Source: an uncultured Gemmatimonadales bacterium (GTDB lineage Bacteria; Gemmatimonadota; Gemmatimonadetes; Longimicrobiales; RSA9). From it: a DNA stretch of 64,000 nucleotides. Position 1 is the first letter of the stretch, and the number at the start of each line of letters is the position of its first letter. Of this stretch, positions 1 through 11,153 are shown in pieces. Position numbers and translations under genes: made by a program. The notes beneath the pieces are model-generated. The model searched no databases, had not been told where the DNA came from, and saw only the letters and a program-made list of their open reading frames with translations. The stretch is taken from the NCBI GenBank assembly GCA_963741945.1, contig CAVUKA010000004.1:224001-288000 (forward strand), in the 5' to 3' direction.

Positions 1-1073
1 CTGGCCGCCTCGGATATGACCGTCAGGATCGCGTCCAGGTCGGTGGTGCCCGCGAGTGAGTGCGAAACGTCCACGAGTGCCTGTGTGTGCGCCAGCTGAC
101 GGCGGTGATCCGCTCCCCGCTCCACTTCTTTCAGCGCCTGCGCCGTGCGGAAGGCGAGAAGCAGCGTCAGGACGGCCATGGCACCCAGCGTGGGCACGCT
201 CGCGGCTCCCCGGATGGCCACGTCCAGGGCCATCCCACCGAGGAGGAGCGAGACGCCGGGAACGATCATGCTGCGCACCAGATCGTGCGCCCGACGTCCC
301 ATGAGCATCGCCGAGGCCGTGGGCGCCTGACCTCGGGCACGGTACCCGGCTGCGCCGAAAAGCAGCCACCCTGCCATCCACGCAACGTCGAACCCATCCC
401 CCATACGGAGCGGATGCGCTTCGAGGCCGGGGGTGGAGAGGAGCGTCGTCGCACCGAACACGGCCGTGGCCAGGAAAAGGAGCACAGCCGACGAGGAGCT
501 CAGCGTCGACGTACCGCGCAGAAGGACGAGGGCAGCGACGAGGGCGGGCACGACCACGATCGTGTGGGCGACCGCGAGCGTGGCCAGCTCGGCATGCGAA
601 GCTCCGTCGGAAAGGAGTGGCTCCACGCCCAGCCGCAGCGTGACCACCAGCGCAGCCATCAGAAGGAGCGCCGCGTCAGCCCGCAGTCCGGGCGCCCAGA
701 CGCTCCGCCTGCGCTGACCCATCGCCAGCACCGCTCCCGCCGCGATCAGGATGTTCGGAACGAGAAAAACATAGAGCGCCAGCGGGGCGCCGGCCTCGGA
801 CCAGACATACCTCTCGTACAGCGCGAGCATCTCGCCAGCCACGGCCACCGCGCCGGCGCCGGCGAACACCAGGAACGCCACACGCGGACGCGACAACGCT
901 CGGCGGGCGGCGTACGCCCACCCGACGGTTCCGACCAGTGGCGCCAGCACCCGGGGCAGCGACCGGATCGGCGGCGCCCCGGCGCGCACGATGAGCACCG
1001 GGATGCAGGCGATGGCCACGACCATGAGGCCGAGGAGCCACCATGGGACCCTCGTTGCTGCTCGCTCCCTCAC
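1..1073 (-). CDS. Multi-pass membrane sensor protein entering a GAF domain (kinase or cyclase output lies beyond the window); partial
   Basis: Hand-translated open minus frame from GTG at 1073 to the window edge. Many hydrophobic helices, then QALVDVSHSLAGTTDLDAILTVISEAA, typical of a GAF start. Absent from the ORF track because there is no stop in the window. Confidence 0.7.
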   Translation of the reverse strand, partial: MRERAATRVPWWLLGLMVVAIACIPVLIVRAGAPPIRSLPRVLAPLVGTVGWAYAARRALSRPRVAFLVFAGAGAVAVAGEMLALYERYVWSEAGAPLALYVFLVPNILIAAGAVLAMGQRRRSVWAPGLRADAALLLMAALVVTLRLGVEPLLSDGASHAELATLAVAHTIVVVPALVAALVLLRGTSTLSSSSAVLLFLATAVFGATTLLSTPGLEAHPLRMGDGFDVAWMAGWLLFGAAGYRARGQAPTASAMLMGRRAHDLVRSMIVPGVSLLLGGMALDVAIRGAASVPTLGAMAVLTLLLAFRTAQALKEVERGADHRRQLAHTQALVDVSHSLAGTTDLDAILTVISEAA

Positions 1074-1235
1074 GCGCACGGCGCCACTGTTCAGGAATTC
1101 ACGTCGGGGTGTCAATAGGTCCACCCCCATGATGCCCTTCCTGGCCTTCTCTTGTACGTTGACCCGGGAGATCGTGGGGAGGGTCCGGAAGTTTGCCCAA
1201 AGTATCCCATCGGCCGCGTTGATTCAAGGATATTC

Positions 1236-2345
1236 ATGCGCATTGAGCGAATTTGCCTCCGCACCATTCGGCTGCGTCTCCGTGAACCGTTCCGCATCTC
1301 GTCGGGAGTGACGCACGAGCGGACGATTCTGCTGGCCTTCGTGGATTTCGGCGGTCTGGAAGGAATGGCGGAGTGCGTGGCCGGGGAGGCTCCCATCTAC
1401 ACGGCGGAGACCATCGAGACCGCGCGCTGGGTCATCGAGCGGCACCTGGCGCCCGCGGTGATCGGTGCGGAATTCGACGGTCCGCGGGAGCTCTGGTCGC
1501 TGCTGGAACGGACGGCACGGGGCCACCTCATGGCGAAGGCCGCTCTGGAGATGGCGGCCTGGGATGCCGACGCAAGAGCGCGTGGAATGCCGCTGGCGCG
1601 GGCGCTGGGAGGTCGGTCCGGGTCCGTCGCGGCCGGCGTCAGCATCGGGATCCAGGCGGACCTCCCCTCCCTCGTCCGGCGCGTGGCGGGATTCGTCGAG
1701 CAGGGCTACCGTCGCGTGAAGCTGAAGATCGCCCCGGGGAGAGACGTTTCCGCACTGGAGGCGGTGCGGAGCGAGTTTCCGAACGTGCCGCTGACCGTGG
1801 ACGCCAACAGCGCATACGGCCCCGACGATCTCGACCATCTGGCCGGACTGGATCGCTACGATCTGCAATTGATCGAGCAGCCGTTTCGAGAGGACGCCCT
1901 GCTCCTGCACGCTCGTCTGCAGGAGCGCATGCGTACACCCGTGTGCCTCGACGAGAGCATCACCTCACCCGAGCGGTGCAGCGAAGCGCTGGAGCTCGGG
2001 GCATGCCGGGCGGTGAACATAAAGCCCGGGCGACTGGGCGGGCACACGCCCTCACTCCGCGTCCACGACCTCTGCCGCGATGCGGGCGTGCCCGTCTGGT
2101 GCGGCGGAATGCTGGAGTCCGGGATCGGCCGCGCGCACAATGTTGCGCTGGCCACCCTGCCCAACATGCTGCTTCCGGGCGACACATCCGCCAGCGATCG
2201 GTACTGGGACCGGGACGTCGTCGATCCCCCGTTCCGCCTCGCCGCCGACGGGACAGTCGCGGTACCGGATGGGGTTGGAATCGGCGTGGCCCTCGATGAG
2301 TCGTTCCTGGCGGAAATCGAATCGAACCGGGTCGACCTGGTCTAG
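1236..2345 (+). CDS. menC: o-succinylbenzoate synthase / N-acylamino acid racemase (enolase superfamily)
   Basis: KLK, DAN, EQP, DES, NIK, GGMLESG and PGD motifs; ATG at 1236. Confidence 0.85.
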   Translation: MRIERICLRTIRLRLREPFRISSGVTHERTILLAFVDFGGLEGMAECVAGEAPIYTAETIETARWVIERHLAPAVIGAEFDGPRELWSLLERTARGHLMAKAALEMAAWDADARARGMPLARALGGRSGSVAAGVSIGIQADLPSLVRRVAGFVEQGYRRVKLKIAPGRDVSALEAVRSEFPNVPLTVDANSAYGPDDLDHLAGLDRYDLQLIEQPFREDALLLHARLQERMRTPVCLDESITSPERCSEALELGACRAVNIKPGRLGGHTPSLRVHDLCRDAGVPVWCGGMLESGIGRAHNVALATLPNMLLPGDTSASDRYWDRDVVDPPFRLAADGTVAVPDGVGIGVALDESFLAEIESNRVDLV

Positions 2346-2399
2346 CTCGGAAGGGAGGGAAGTTGGGACGGCGGTCCCTTGTCGCCGGTCGGGCGGATC

Positions 2400-3824
2400 T
2401 CAGGTCGCGAGTTCTTCCGCGGCCGCCGCGCGCAAGAGCTCCCACGCCCGGCGGACATGGGCTTCCGTGGTTCGCAGGTTCCCGATAGCGATCCGTATGG
2501 CGTACAGCCCACGGACTTTCGTGTGGGACATGAACACCTCGCCGCTGGCGTTCACCCGGTCCAGGATGCGCTCGTTGAGCGCGTTGAGGGCATCCTCTTC
2601 CATTGCCGCGGGGCGGCAGTGGAACGCCACGACGGAGAAGTGGCTGGGAGCCAAACGGTGGAAGAGCGGATCGTCGTCGACCCAGTCGGCGAAGAGCCGC
2701 GCGAGGCGGACATGCTCCCGGAGCGCTTCCACGATCCCGCTCCGGCCGAAGTAGCGCAGCACGAACCAGAGCTTGAGGGAGCGGAAGCGGCGGCCGAGGG
2801 CAACCCCGTAATCCATCAGGTTGGTGACCCCTGTCTCGGCGGTCCGCAGGTATTCCGGCGTGAGGCTGAATGCCTGGCGCAGCACTTCCGGGTGGCGGGT
2901 GTAGGCCGCGGAGCAGTCCACGGGCACGAACATCCACTTGTGCGGATTGACCACGAGTGAGTCCGCACGCGCGCTCCCGTCGAGTACGTATCGGAGCTCG
3001 GGAACCAGGGCCGCCGTTCCGCCGTACGCGGCGTCCACATGCAGCCACAGCCCTTCCCGCTCACAGATGTCCGCGATCTCAGGGACCGGATCCACCGCCG
3101 TGACACCGGTGGTCCCGACTGTGGCCACGACGGCCATGGGCTTGAAGCCGCGGGCGCGGTCCTGGGAGATGGCCTGACGGAGCGCTCCCGTGTCGAGGCG
3201 GAAGGCATGGTCGGAGGGGAGCCGAACGAGGTTCTCGGCGCCGAGCCCCAGCGCGATCACGGCCTTGTCCACGCTCGAATGGGCCTCCTCGGAGCAGTAG
3301 ACGCGAAGCCGGGGCACGTCCTCGCGGCCGGCGAGCCCTCGGGCACGGATGTCCAACCCGGCGGCCTCGCGGGCCGCTGCCAGGGCGTAGAAGGTGCTCG
3401 ACGACGCCGTGTCGTTGATCACGCCGTGGAACTCGCCGGGAAGCCCGAGCATGTCCCGCAGCCACCCAAGCGTCACTTCCTCCAGCTCCGTCTGGGCCGG
3501 CCCGCTACGCCACAACATGGCATTCACGTTGAGCGCCGCGGCGAGCGCTTCGCCGAGGATCCCGGGTGCCGAGCCCGTGATGCCGAAATAGGCGAAGAAG
3601 CCGGGATGGTTCCAGTGCGTGGTATTCGGCACGATCAGCCGATCGTAATCCGCCAGAATGGCATCGAACGGCTCGGGCTCTTCGGGCGCATGGGCGGGGA
3701 GGGCGGATCGGACATCGCCGGGGCGGAGCTCCGGCAGCACCCGAACGTCCTCGGGGTGTGCCAGATAGTCGGCGATGCGGTCGATGACGGCCCGACCGTA
3801 CCGCCGGAATTCGTCCGGATCCAT
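2400..3824 (-). CDS. PLP-dependent aromatic-L-amino-acid decarboxylase (group II)
   Basis: MDPDEFRR start, THWNHPGFFAYF, WLHVDAAYGG, NPHKW, GRRFRSLKLWF. Confidence 0.9.
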   Translation of the reverse strand: MDPDEFRRYGRAVIDRIADYLAHPEDVRVLPELRPGDVRSALPAHAPEEPEPFDAILADYDRLIVPNTTHWNHPGFFAYFGITGSAPGILGEALAAALNVNAMLWRSGPAQTELEEVTLGWLRDMLGLPGEFHGVINDTASSSTFYALAAAREAAGLDIRARGLAGREDVPRLRVYCSEEAHSSVDKAVIALGLGAENLVRLPSDHAFRLDTGALRQAISQDRARGFKPMAVVATVGTTGVTAVDPVPEIADICEREGLWLHVDAAYGGTAALVPELRYVLDGSARADSLVVNPHKWMFVPVDCSAAYTRHPEVLRQAFSLTPEYLRTAETGVTNLMDYGVALGRRFRSLKLWFVLRYFGRSGIVEALREHVRLARLFADWVDDDPLFHRLAPSHFSVVAFHCRPAAMEEDALNALNERILDRVNASGEVFMSHTKVRGLYAIRIAIGNLRTTEAHVRRAWELLRAAAAEELAT

Positions 3825-3972
3825 GTCGCCGCGCATGAACGCGAAGGTAGGCGCGCGGGGCATCCGCGTCCACCGGAAGCTCCAGACCGGGCAGGCACGA
3901 AGACGCCCGGGGACCCCCACTTCCTGCCGCCGCAGCGCTTTACTCGTGCCCTCCATGGCGCGACTTTCGGGC

Positions 3973-5610
3973 ATGGATACGCGCGTTTCCCCGACCCGCC
4001 TCGCGACGCTCCTCGCCGCCGCCACGCTGATGGCCGCGTGCGGCATCCAGCGGCCCGGCGCTCCGACCCAGCCTTCGACCCCGAGCGGGGGGATCCCCGC
4101 GACCCCGGACACCGGTTCCGGGCGTGGACCCGAGGCCCCGCCGGCGCCGGAGCGGGTGGCCCGGCCGACATCCGGCGGGGCCGGAGCAATCGAGTCGGCG
4201 CCCCACGGGGAACCGGCCGGCGTGACTGCCGCTGCTTTCCGCGACGCGGGGCGCCTGGTGGACTCCCTCATGGCCACCCCGCCGCTGGGACGCGCGCACT
4301 GGGGCATAGCCGTCTACGATGCGATGACGGGGGAGCGGCTCCTGGTGCGGAACGAGGACGAGCTGTTCATCCCCGCATCGAACATGAAACTGGTGACCGT
4401 GGCGGCCGCGCTGGCGCGGCTCGGACCCGGCTACCGGTTCGAAACGCCCGTGTCCGCCTGGGACCTGTCCGGCGATTCGGCGGCCGGCCTCATCATCCGG
4501 GGTTCGGGGGACCCCACGTTCTCTGCGGCCTTCTACGACGACGCCGTGGCCCCGTTCGATTCCATGGCAGACTCGCTGGCCGCGGCAGGCCTCCGGCGTG
4601 TGGCGGGCCCCATCCTGGTGGATCAGTCCCGGTTCGACAGCGTTCTCGTCCACGGGGCCTGGGAGACGGGAGACCTTCTCTGGTACTACGCCGCGCCGGT
4701 GGCCGCGCTCGCATTCATGGAGGCCGCGTTCCCGCTGCTCGTCCGTCCCGGCGCAGTCGGCCACCGGGCCCACGCGTACACCCCGTATGCCGGCGCACCC
4801 GTGGTCCTCGACGCAGCTGTCGAGACCGCCAAGGGGAGCGCCGCCTGGAATGACCAGCTGGCATGGGTCCCGGGCACGGACACGCTGCGCGTTCGCGGCA
4901 GCATCGGAGGCGCGTCCGCAGTCGACCGGTCCATGCTGGCCCAGAACGATCCCGGCCTCTGGGCGGGACTGGCGTTCCGCTCTGCCCTCGAGCGCGCCGG
5001 CATCAGGGTCGCCGGGCCGGTGCTGGTCCGCTACACGGCTTCGGCGCCCGCGCCCGCTCATACCGTCACGGTATGGCGATCTCCGGCGCTCGTGGATATC
5101 CTCCCGCTCCCGCTGGCGCGCACGGACAACTGGGTCACGGAAATGATCCTCAAGGCCCTGGGCGCGGAGGCGGGGAAGGGAGGAACGTGGAGGGGCGGCA
5201 CGGCAGTGGCCGAGCAGTTCATGGTCGAGGACGTCGGCGTGGACCCGGGCGCGCTGTACATGCGCGACGGATCGGGCCTCGCCGCGCAGAACCTGATCAC
5301 TCCACGTGCACTCGCGACCCTTCTGCGATACGTTCGCAGCGCACCATGGGGCAGCGCATTTCGGGCCGCGATGGCCATGCCGGGAGACACGGCCGGGACG
5401 CTGGAGCGGCGGCTGCCGGGATTCCAGGGGCGAGTGGCGGCCAAGACGGGGACGATCACCCACGTCAACGCCCTCAGCGGTTACCTGACCACCGACGGCG
5501 GGCGGGAGCTGGTGTTCAGTATCCTGACGAATGCAGCGGCGCGCCCGGCCCGGGACGTTCGCGCCGCAATGGACAGGGTGGTGGAAGCACTACTCCGGAA
5601 CGAGAGCTGA
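3973..5610 (+). CDS. dacB: D-Ala-D-Ala carboxypeptidase/endopeptidase (peptidase S13, PBP4), probable lipoprotein
   Basis: PASNMK, GSGDPT, DGSGL, AKTGT; lipobox-like LMAAC. Confidence 0.88.
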   Translation: MDTRVSPTRLATLLAAATLMAACGIQRPGAPTQPSTPSGGIPATPDTGSGRGPEAPPAPERVARPTSGGAGAIESAPHGEPAGVTAAAFRDAGRLVDSLMATPPLGRAHWGIAVYDAMTGERLLVRNEDELFIPASNMKLVTVAAALARLGPGYRFETPVSAWDLSGDSAAGLIIRGSGDPTFSAAFYDDAVAPFDSMADSLAAAGLRRVAGPILVDQSRFDSVLVHGAWETGDLLWYYAAPVAALAFMEAAFPLLVRPGAVGHRAHAYTPYAGAPVVLDAAVETAKGSAAWNDQLAWVPGTDTLRVRGSIGGASAVDRSMLAQNDPGLWAGLAFRSALERAGIRVAGPVLVRYTASAPAPAHTVTVWRSPALVDILPLPLARTDNWVTEMILKALGAEAGKGGTWRGGTAVAEQFMVEDVGVDPGALYMRDGSGLAAQNLITPRALATLLRYVRSAPWGSAFRAAMAMPGDTAGTLERRLPGFQGRVAAKTGTITHVNALSGYLTTDGGRELVFSILTNAAARPARDVRAAMDRVVEALLRNES

Positions 5611-5614
5611 AGAA

Positions 5615-6214
5615 ATGAACGGAACCACGCAGAGCGGATCAGGCAGCGCGCCCCGGAAGCGGGGCAGGGGATTGCTCCTGGCGTTCCTGGCCGTGCTCAT
5701 CGCCTTCGGGGCCGGCTATGGCTGGCAATGGTACGAGGGCCGATCGATTCGTGAGCAGCTCGACCGCACCGAGACGGAACTGCGCATCGAGCGTCTGCGG
5801 GTCGGCCTCGCCCAGGCAGCCGTCTCGGCGCAGTCCGGAGACTTCGAAGCCGCGCGGCGACAGATGAGCCAGTTCTTCACCCGCCTCCAGAACGAAGCCC
5901 CCAACCTGCCGCCGGACCTCGCCGCCTTCGCCACAGGCATCCTGGCCCGCCGCGACGACGTCATCACCGGACTCTCCCGCTCCAACGCCCAGTACGTAGG
6001 CGTGCTCCAGAGCATGCTCGACCGCTTCCAGACGGCGGCGCCCAGCACACCGCCCGCCGCGGCCGCGCCCACTCAGCCGGCCATCACCCCCGGTGCCGGC
6101 GAGGAGACCGGGCCACCCGCCACGGAGCCGCCCCCGTCCGCCACGGAGTCGACTCCGGTTCCGCCGCCCACCACGGTGCCGCCGACGGGCGACACCGGTG
6201 CCGGCATCCGGTGA
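5615..6214 (+). CDS. Hypothetical single-pass membrane protein with helical domain and Pro/Thr-rich tail
   Basis: ATG 4 nt after the dacB stop; N-terminal TM followed by a coiled-coil-like segment. Confidence 0.7.
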   Translation: MNGTTQSGSGSAPRKRGRGLLLAFLAVLIAFGAGYGWQWYEGRSIREQLDRTETELRIERLRVGLAQAAVSAQSGDFEAARRQMSQFFTRLQNEAPNLPPDLAAFATGILARRDDVITGLSRSNAQYVGVLQSMLDRFQTAAPSTPPAAAAPTQPAITPGAGEETGPPATEPPPSATESTPVPPPTTVPPTGDTGAGIR

Positions 6215-6245
6215 GCCCGTGCCGGACCCCTCGCGTCCTGAAAGG

Positions 6246-7082
6246 TCAGGAGCGGACGAGATCGCGCGCAAGCGCATCCCGCGTGGCCCGGTAGCCTTCT
6301 TCCAGAAAATAGTCGACGGCATCGAAGTCGAAGGTGGAGTAGCCCTCCAGCTTCGGGCGGACGTGGATCACACGCGGACCGAGCCACGCATCTTCGACCG
6401 CCTGACGGCGGGCGTAGGCCATGATGTCCATGACGCGGTGGTGAATCGCGATCATGCCCTTCTCCACCGTGTCCGCCGCATCCTTGGTACGACCGGCCGA
6501 TGTGTTCACCGCAATGATGAGATCCGCGCCCCGCTCCGCCGCGCGCGTGATCCCCACGGTGTCCATCACTCCACCGTCCACCAGGTGCATGCCGTTCACC
6601 TTCGCCGGAGGATAGAAGACCGGCAGCGCGGAGGACGCGTACACCGCCTCCGGCAGCGGCACGTCCGTTCGACCACCAGCGCCGAACCACACCTGACGCC
6701 CGCTCTCCAGGTCGACGGCGTTGATGCTCACCGGCAGCACAAGCTCCGACCACTGGCGCGTCGGCAGCACGCGCGCGATGTAGGCGCGCAACGCGTCTCC
6801 CTTGAACAACGACGGCTGGCGAATACCGTTCGGCAACAGCGCCCAACGGTTGACGTCCACGATGTCCTGCTTCCGCAGCTCACGCGCGCGCTCCGCAAGC
6901 TCCGACGGCGACGCGCCCCCGGCGACGCTGGCCGCCACCAGCGCCCCGATGCTCGTCCCCACGACTTCCCAAACGGGTATCTCCGCTTCGCGTACTGCGC
7001 GCCACGCACCCGCGTGGGCGATCCCCTTCACGCCCCCTCCGCCCAGGACGAGGACCACTCGCCGCCGCTTCGCATCATCCAT
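6246..7082 (-). CDS. Patatin-like phospholipase
   Basis: LGGGGVKG, GTSIG, ASSALP, DGG motifs. Confidence 0.9.
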   Translation of the reverse strand: MDDAKRRRVVLVLGGGGVKGIAHAGAWRAVREAEIPVWEVVGTSIGALVAASVAGGASPSELAERARELRKQDIVDVNRWALLPNGIRQPSLFKGDALRAYIARVLPTRQWSELVLPVSINAVDLESGRQVWFGAGGRTDVPLPEAVYASSALPVFYPPAKVNGMHLVDGGVMDTVGITRAAERGADLIIAVNTSAGRTKDAADTVEKGMIAIHHRVMDIMAYARRQAVEDAWLGPRVIHVRPKLEGYSTFDFDAVDYFLEEGYRATRDALARDLVRS

Positions 7083-7148
7083 TGCGGGAACGTATCGTGG
7101 CGGGGCTCCGGCGGGAAGGTCGCGCGGACCCCGTCGCGGGCTCCGGGG

Positions 7149-7177
7149 TTGCATAGGGACTGGGGACGCGGTATGGT
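7149..7177 (+). promoter_or_regulatory. Putative sigma70 promoter of the suf operon
   Basis: TTGCAT (7149-7154), 17 nt, TATGGT (7172-7177). Confidence 0.55.
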
Positions 7178-7181
7178 TGAA

Positions 7182-7200
7182 ATCGAGAATCATTCTTTGT
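7182..7200. promoter_or_regulatory. Fur-box-like operator
   Basis: AT-rich palindrome AGAAT-C-ATTCT (7186-7196) just downstream of the -10 of an Fe-S assembly operon. Confidence 0.4.
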
Positions 7201-7276
7201 TGGGCGCCCCGTCCGGCGGCGATGCCGTGGGGCGGGTTTTTGTCTGCATGGCAGCCGAGGAACCGAGCGCAGAGAC

Positions 7277-8050
7277 ATGGCGATGCTGAAGATCGAGGAC
7301 CTGCGGGCACGAGTCGCAGGAGACGAGGGTAAAGAGATCCTGCGGGGATTGAGCCTGGAGATCGAGTCCGGGAAGATCCACGCGATCATGGGTCCGAACG
7401 GGTCCGGGAAGAGCACGCTGGCAAAAGTGCTGGCGGGGCATCCTGCCTACGTGGTGACGAGCGGGAGCGTGACGTTCCGCGGTGATGATCTGCTGGCGCT
7501 GGAGGCGGATGAGCGTGCGCGGAAGGGTGTGTTCCTTGCCTTCCAGTATCCCGTGGAGATACCCGGAGTCTCGATCGCGAATTTCCTGCGGACGGCAGTG
7601 CAGGCGAAGCGAGGGGCGGAGGAAGTGGATCTGTTCGAGTTCCAGCAGGAGCTGATGGAGAAGATGGAGCTGCTGGAGATGGATCCGGCGTTCGCGGTGC
7701 GGAGTGTGAACCAGGGGTTCAGCGGGGGCGAGAAGAAGCGCAACGAGATCCTGCAGCTGGCGATGCTGGAGCCGACGCTGGCCATTCTGGACGAGACGGA
7801 TTCCGGGTTGGACATCGACGCGCTGAAGGTGGTGGCGAGCGGCGTGAACAAGATCCATTCGCAGCGCGACGACATGGGTGTGCTGCTGATCACGCATTAT
7901 CAGCGTCTTCTGAACTACATCGAGCCGGACGTGGTGCACGTGATGGTGCACGGCCGGATCGTGGAGAGTGGCGGCCCTGAGCTGGCGCTGAAGCTGGAGG
8001 AGCAGGGCTACGAGGCGTGGCGTGAGGAGGAGGCGGGGGCCGGGGTGTAG
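7277..8050 (+). CDS. sufC: Fe-S cluster assembly ATPase SufC
   Basis: [46 protein letters not shown]. Confidence 0.97.
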   Translation: MAMLKIEDLRARVAGDEGKEILRGLSLEIESGKIHAIMGPNGSGKSTLAKVLAGHPAYVVTSGSVTFRGDDLLALEADERARKGVFLAFQYPVEIPGVSIANFLRTAVQAKRGAEEVDLFEFQQELMEKMELLEMDPAFAVRSVNQGFSGGEKKRNEILQLAMLEPTLAILDETDSGLDIDALKVVASGVNKIHSQRDDMGVLLITHYQRLLNYIEPDVVHVMVHGRIVESGGPELALKLEEQGYEAWREEEAGAGV

Positions 8051-8119
8051 CGGACGCTGGCAGTCGGATAGCAGAGAATAGCAGAGCAGTGCCCAAACGG
8101 GTGGAAGGTGAGGCGAACC

Positions 8120-9535
8120 ATGCCATACGACGAGACAGTCGCGAATCTGGGGCTCGAGGACTACAAGTACGGCTTCCGTACGGAGGACCAGGCGTTCTTC
8201 CGGGCGGAGCCGGGCCTCAGCGAGGACGTGGTCCGTCAGATCTCGGCGAACAAGGGTGAACCGGACTGGATGCTGGAGTTCCGGCTGAAGGCGCTGGAGG
8301 TCTACAACCGGAAGCCGATGCCTACGTGGGGCGCGGACCTTTCGGGGCTCGAGGACGTGCTGGACAGCATCTACTACTACGTCCGCCCGCAGGAGAAGAT
8401 GGAGCGGTCGTGGGAGGACGTGCCGGACAACATCAAGAAGACGTTCCAGCGGCTCGGCATCCCGGAGGCGGAGCAGAAGGTTCTGGCGGGGGTGGGCGCG
8501 CAGTACGAGTCGGAGATGGTCTATCACTCGTTGAAGAAGGAGTGGGAGAACAAGGGGATCATCTTCGAGTCCATCGAGAACGGTCTGCGCCTGTACCCGG
8601 AGATCTTCCGTGAGCACTTCTCGACCGTGGTGCCTGCGAGCGACAACAAGTTCGCGGCCTTGAACTCGGCGGTGTGGTCCGGCGGCTCGTTCGTGTACAT
8701 CCCGAAGGGCGTGAAGATCGATACACCGCTCCAGGCCTACTTCCGGGTGAACCAGGAGCGGATGGGCCAGTTCGAGCGCACGCTGATCATCGTGGAGGAG
8801 GGGGCGGACGCCCAGTACATCGAGGGGTGCACGGCGCCGGTCTACTCCACGGAGTCGTTCCACAGCGGCGTGATCGAGATCATCATCAAGGACAACGCCC
8901 GGTTCCGCTACGTCACGATCCAGAACTGGTCGAACAACATGTACAACCTGGTCACCCAGCGGGCGATGGTGGGCCAGCACGGTCACATGGAGTGGATCGA
9001 CGGGAACCTGGGGTCGAAAGCGACGATGAAGTATCCGTCCTGCTACCTGATGGGCGAGGGTGCGCACGGCTCGATCCTGAGCATCGCGTACGCCGGGAAC
9101 GGCCAGCACCAGGACACGGGCGGGAAGGTGGTGCACGCGGCGCCGAACACCACGTCGCAGATCATCTCGAAGTCGATTTCCGTGGGAACGGGCCGCTCGA
9201 CCTATCGCGGACTGGCGAAAGTGTACGAGGGTGCGGTGCGGGCGAAGAGCAACGTGGAATGTGACGCGCTGCTGTTGAACGAAACGAGCCGCACGGACAC
9301 CTTCCCGTACATCGAGATCGAGGAGAACAGCGCGAGCATCGGGCACGAAGCGAGCGTCTCGAAGATCGGCGAGGAGCAGCTCTTCTACCTCATGAGCCGC
9401 GGTCTGGCGGAGGACGAGGCGGCTGCGCTGATCGTGCGCGGGTTCATCGAGCCGATCTCGAAGGAGCTCCCGCTGGAATATGCGGTGGAGCTGAACCGAC
9501 TCATCGAGCTGGAGATGGAGGGTAGCGTTGGCTGA
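8120..9535 (+). CDS. sufB: Fe-S cluster assembly protein SufB
   Basis: [39 protein letters not shown]. Confidence 0.97.
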   Translation: MPYDETVANLGLEDYKYGFRTEDQAFFRAEPGLSEDVVRQISANKGEPDWMLEFRLKALEVYNRKPMPTWGADLSGLEDVLDSIYYYVRPQEKMERSWEDVPDNIKKTFQRLGIPEAEQKVLAGVGAQYESEMVYHSLKKEWENKGIIFESIENGLRLYPEIFREHFSTVVPASDNKFAALNSAVWSGGSFVYIPKGVKIDTPLQAYFRVNQERMGQFERTLIIVEEGADAQYIEGCTAPVYSTESFHSGVIEIIIKDNARFRYVTIQNWSNNMYNLVTQRAMVGQHGHMEWIDGNLGSKATMKYPSCYLMGEGAHGSILSIAYAGNGQHQDTGGKVVHAAPNTTSQIISKSISVGTGRSTYRGLAKVYEGAVRAKSNVECDALLLNETSRTDTFPYIEIEENSASIGHEASVSKIGEEQLFYLMSRGLAEDEAAALIVRGFIEPISKELPLEYAVELNRLIELEMEGSVG

Positions 9536-10838
9536 GGTCGCAGCGCCCCCCAAGGGGCTGACGGGCATACGACGTGACGAGGCGCTGGGCCTGGCCGACG
9601 GACAACCGGACTGGCTGCGGTCGCTGCGCACGGAAGCGTTCGAAGCGTTCGAGCGCCTGGATTACCCGACGCGCAAGCTGGAGGAATGGCGGTACACGGA
9701 GGTGAGCCAGCTGAAGCTGGACGCCGTGCACCCTGCCGTATCCAGGGGCGGTCCCGCGCCGGCGGAAGCCAGAGCGCTGCTCGCGGACAGGGAAGCCGCG
9801 GCGAAAGTGCTGTTCGTGGGGGCGTCGCCTGCGGAGATCGAAGTGGATCCGGCCGTGTCCGAGCAGGGTGTGGTCGTGCAGGACCTGGCCACGGCGGCCT
9901 CCGAGCATCCCGAGCTGGTCCGGAAACATCTGGGCTCCGCCCTGGCCATGGACGCCGACCGGCTGGCCGCGCTGAACGGCGCAATGTGGACGGGGGGCGT
10001 TTTCGTCTACGTACCGGCGGGGGTGAAAGTCGAGCGTCCGATCCGGGCCGCCCGCTGGCTCTCCGAAAGCGGGGTGGCCGTGTTCCCGCGAACGCTGATC
10101 GTGGTCGAGGCGGGGAGTCACCTTGCCTACGTGGACGAGTTTGCCTCACCGGACTTCGATGCGCCCGCGGTGTCACTCGGGGGGGTCGAAGTGATCGCGG
10201 GTGAAGGCGCGGACGTGCAGTACGTGGCCGCGCAGCAGTGGGGTGCGGGCGTGCGGCACCTCTCCATGCAGCGCACGCTGGCCGGCAGGGACAGCAACCT
10301 GGACACGCTGGTGGTGAACCTGGGCGGCGAAGTGGCGCGCGTGGACCTGAACGCGCGACTCGAAGGTCCGGGCGCGCGCAGCGACATGCTGGGGCTCTAC
10401 TTCGCGCGTGGGAAGCAGCACTTCGACCACAACACGCGGCAGGACCACGTGAGCCCCGGCGCGAACAGCGACCTGCTGTACAAGGGTGCGCTGTACGACC
10501 GCTCCAAGGCCATTTTCAGGGGCGTGATCCGGGTCTTTCCCGGAGCGCAGAAGACGGACGCCTACCAGACGAACCGTAACCTGCTGCTGAGCGAGGAAGC
10601 GGAAGCGGTGTCGCTTCCGAACCTCGAGATCGAGGCGGACGACGTGAAGTGCTCCCACGGCGCCACCGTGGGCCACCTGGACGAGGAGGAGATGTTCTAC
10701 CTCCTGAGCCGCGGGCTGAACAAGGAGCAGGCGGAGCGGCTGGTCATCTTCGGCTTCTTCGGCGAAGTGCTGGACCGGCTGCCGCTGCCGGGCGTGGTGG
10801 CGGAGCTGAAAGCGGCGATCGAAGCCAAGATCCGCTGA
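9528..10838 (+). CDS. sufD: Fe-S cluster assembly protein SufD
   Basis: [33 protein letters not shown]; start overlaps the sufB stop. Confidence 0.95.
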   Translation: MAEVAAPPKGLTGIRRDEALGLADGQPDWLRSLRTEAFEAFERLDYPTRKLEEWRYTEVSQLKLDAVHPAVSRGGPAPAEARALLADREAAAKVLFVGASPAEIEVDPAVSEQGVVVQDLATAASEHPELVRKHLGSALAMDADRLAALNGAMWTGGVFVYVPAGVKVERPIRAARWLSESGVAVFPRTLIVVEAGSHLAYVDEFASPDFDAPAVSLGGVEVIAGEGADVQYVAAQQWGAGVRHLSMQRTLAGRDSNLDTLVVNLGGEVARVDLNARLEGPGARSDMLGLYFARGKQHFDHNTRQDHVSPGANSDLLYKGALYDRSKAIFRGVIRVFPGAQKTDAYQTNRNLLLSEEAEAVSLPNLEIEADDVKCSHGATVGHLDEEEMFYLLSRGLNKEQAERLVIFGFFGEVLDRLPLPGVVAELKAAIEAKIR

Positions 10839-11149
10839 TGGCGTGGGTGCAGGTGGCCACGACGGCTGATCTCCCGGAACGGGGGCTCCTGGCCGTGGAG
10901 GCGGAGGGCGAGAAGATCGTGCTGATTGCGACGGGCGCTGGCGCCTATTATGCGCTGAAAGACCGCTGCTCGCATGCCAATTACCCGCTGTCGGACGGCG
11001 AGCTGCTCGACGATCAGCGGCTGGAGTGCCAGTATCACGGCGCGAAGTTCGATGTGGAGACCGGGCGGGCGCTGGCCCTGCCGGCGATCCGGCCCGTGAA
11101 GAGCTACGAGGTCAGGGTGGATGGGAACGCCATCCTGGTGGACGTGTGA
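10838..11149 (+). CDS. Rieske [2Fe-2S] ferredoxin
   Basis: CSH...CQYH Rieske motifs; TGATG coupling to sufD. Confidence 0.92.
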   Translation: MAWVQVATTADLPERGLLAVEAEGEKIVLIATGAGAYYALKDRCSHANYPLSDGELLDDQRLECQYHGAKFDVETGRALALPAIRPVKSYEVRVDGNAILVDV

Positions 11150-11153
11150 TGAG

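Noticed and set aside
60-1118. Long antisense and off-frame ORFs throughout (e.g. 60..1118 +, 7190..9631 -, 47454..49805 +, most of 47119..50691 -)
   Set aside because: Shadow ORFs typical of high-GC DNA: Arg/Pro/Gly-rich and overlapping genes that have clear motifs.
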